Shown here in pieces: positions 62,641 through 64,000 of a stretch of DNA of 64,000 nucleotides. A program made the translations under genes and the position numbers. The notes under the pieces are model-generated. The model was not told where the DNA came from, made no database searches, and was given only the letters and a program-made list of their open reading frames with translations. Each line of letters starts with the position of its first letter. Position 1 is the stretch's first letter. The stretch covers positions 36,108 to 100,107 of the forward strand of contig CDMY01000363.1 in assembly GCA_001179505.1 (NCBI GenBank), read 5' to 3'. The stretch is from Vitrella brassicaformis CCMP3155. Taxonomy: Eukaryota > Protista > Chromerida.

Positions 62641-62980
62641 CCTGTTGCTGAGTCTTGAGGTCGTTCTCTCTGCTGTGTTTTGCGATGGCTCGCCTCTCGG
62701 CTTCGTCTCTCTCGATGGCCGCCTCGGTGGCCATGTCCTTGATGCGGTGCGTCTCCTCCTCTGCCAGCCGGCCGGCGGCCTCTTTCTCCTGAGCTATCTC
62801 TCGCGCTTTGGCGGTCGTGACGGCGTCTTCGTCCATCTGTGCCTGTGCGCCGGCCGCCGCCACCTCGCTGTTGGCGTGCTGCTCACGCGCCGCACGCTGC
62901 ACAGACGCCTCGTGAGACAACATTCCCGCATCCTGAACACACACAGACACACAGAGAGAGAGAGGGACGTCCTCTGTGTG

Positions 62981-63014
<34 letters not shown>

Positions 63015-63171
63015 TCATAGACCTGTTGTTCCTTGTCGATCTGTGCGGCTGTGTCGGCGTCCTTCTGCTCCTCGCTCTCCCTCTTGCGCTCCTCCGCCTC
63101 GGCCAACCGCTCCAAACGCTCTCGCAGTCCAGCGTGGAAGCCGCCACGCATCTTGCACGCAGCCTCCTAAA

Positions 63172-63202
<31 letters not shown>

Positions 63203-63303
63203 AAGGGACACACATGAGAGCTGGTCACTCATCCATTTGGTGTGGTGTGGTGTGAATGCACGTGTTTGGCCTTCTGGTAGGCGGGGCTCTTCATCACAGC
63301 CTG

Positions 63304-63335
<32 letters not shown>

Positions 63336-63706
63336 AGACACAGAGTGTGTGCCAACGGTGCGTGTCTTGTGCCGGTGTGGTTGTTTGCCTGTGCGGCCTC
63401 TGCGTGCGGTGTGATTGCCACTCTGTCCCGTGCAGTCGACAGATGGCCAGACAACGACTCCTCAAGTCGGTGGAGGACGTCCACGTCGTGCCGCAGCTGA
63501 CTCACCGTCCCCTCCAGCGCACCGTTGGGCACTCCGCCAGACACAGCCGCCACCTGTGCCACGATGGATTTGCGGAGTGCGAGTGCCTTGCGCATCTGCT
63601 GCTTCTCGCGGGAGCCCTCCACCGACGTCGACAGGCAGCAGCAGCACGGCAGTGGGAGGAGCAGGCAGAGGGCCAGCGGGCACAGCAGAAGCTTTGCCAT
63701 CGTCAT
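62219..63706 (-). CDS. Signal-peptide-bearing Glu/Ala/Arg-rich coiled-coil protein, multi-exon
   Basis: N-terminus M(TM)AKLLLCPLALCLLLPLPCCCC; charged helical exons such as LRERLERLAEAEERKRESEEQ; TAA at 62219-62221. Confidence 0.65.
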
Positions 63707-64000
63707 CGTGAGCTGCTGATGGGCCGGGTGAGCGTGCAGATTGCCGACAGACAAAGCTCAGCCTGGAGGAAGCAATATTGATATGATTCACTGCAAAAGG
63801 AGAAGCAAGCGAAGAAAGAAGCAAGCACGCAGCCTTGTATACGTATTAGCCCCTCTAAGAAGGGCAGAAGCAGATAGGTTGGTTGGTTGGTTATTGTGTT
63901 TAACGAGACTCGTGTCTGTAACCCCGAGGGGATCCTGTCCAGGTCACGCACCAAAACTAGCAGCATGCACATGCACAGAAGCATGCACACGGCCTGTCTC

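Noticed and set aside
1-64000. Hundreds of six-frame ORFs rich in CVCVC, THTHT, SLSLS or MDGW
   Set aside because: They are translations of intronic or intergenic microsatellites and antisense shadows of GC-rich exons.
1-64000. CRISPR array, rRNA, tRNA, transposase or retroelement ORFs
   Set aside because: No regularly spaced repeat-spacer pattern, and no recognisable RNA-gene, RT, integrase or DDE motifs were seen by eye.

Overview
Eukaryotic, GC-rich genomic DNA densely interrupted by short (about 55-120 bp) GT-AG introns, many carrying (GT)n, (CT)n, (TGGA)n and (GCAG)n microsatellites. Intron style, a bipartite plastid leader, a BT1 transporter and a characteristic ankyrin family suggest a chromerid alveolate such as Vitrella brassicaformis (inference). 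Most six-frame ORFs are exon fragments or microsatellite artefacts, so I rebuilt genes by hand from splice sites and reading phase. The centrepiece is an 18.7-kb gene of about 40 introns and about 5,300 codons encoding an RNF213/mysterin-like AAA+ ATPase E3 ligase. It has an RZ finger, no RING at the expected position, and two lesions: an in-frame TGA and a 1-nt deletion. It lies head-to-head with a disrupted CBM20-like-ankyrin gene and tail-to-tail with a TRIM-like RING-B-box-coiled-coil gene, a candidate ubiquitin-based innate-immunity cluster. To the left are a cytochrome P450, a tandem-ACT protein and a duplicated convergent module (ACT-like gene plus CBM20-like/ankyrin gene). To the right are a BT1 pseudogene, an inverted copy of the ACT-like pseudogene, a 5-kb mosaic of decayed paralogues, and then apparently intact genes: CFAP52-like WD40, a low-complexity protein, a plastid-targeted orphan, a membrane protein, WDR55 and a signal-peptide coiled-coil protein. 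No rRNA, tRNA, CRISPR array or transposase was seen. Homology calls rest on remembered motifs, not on database searches.
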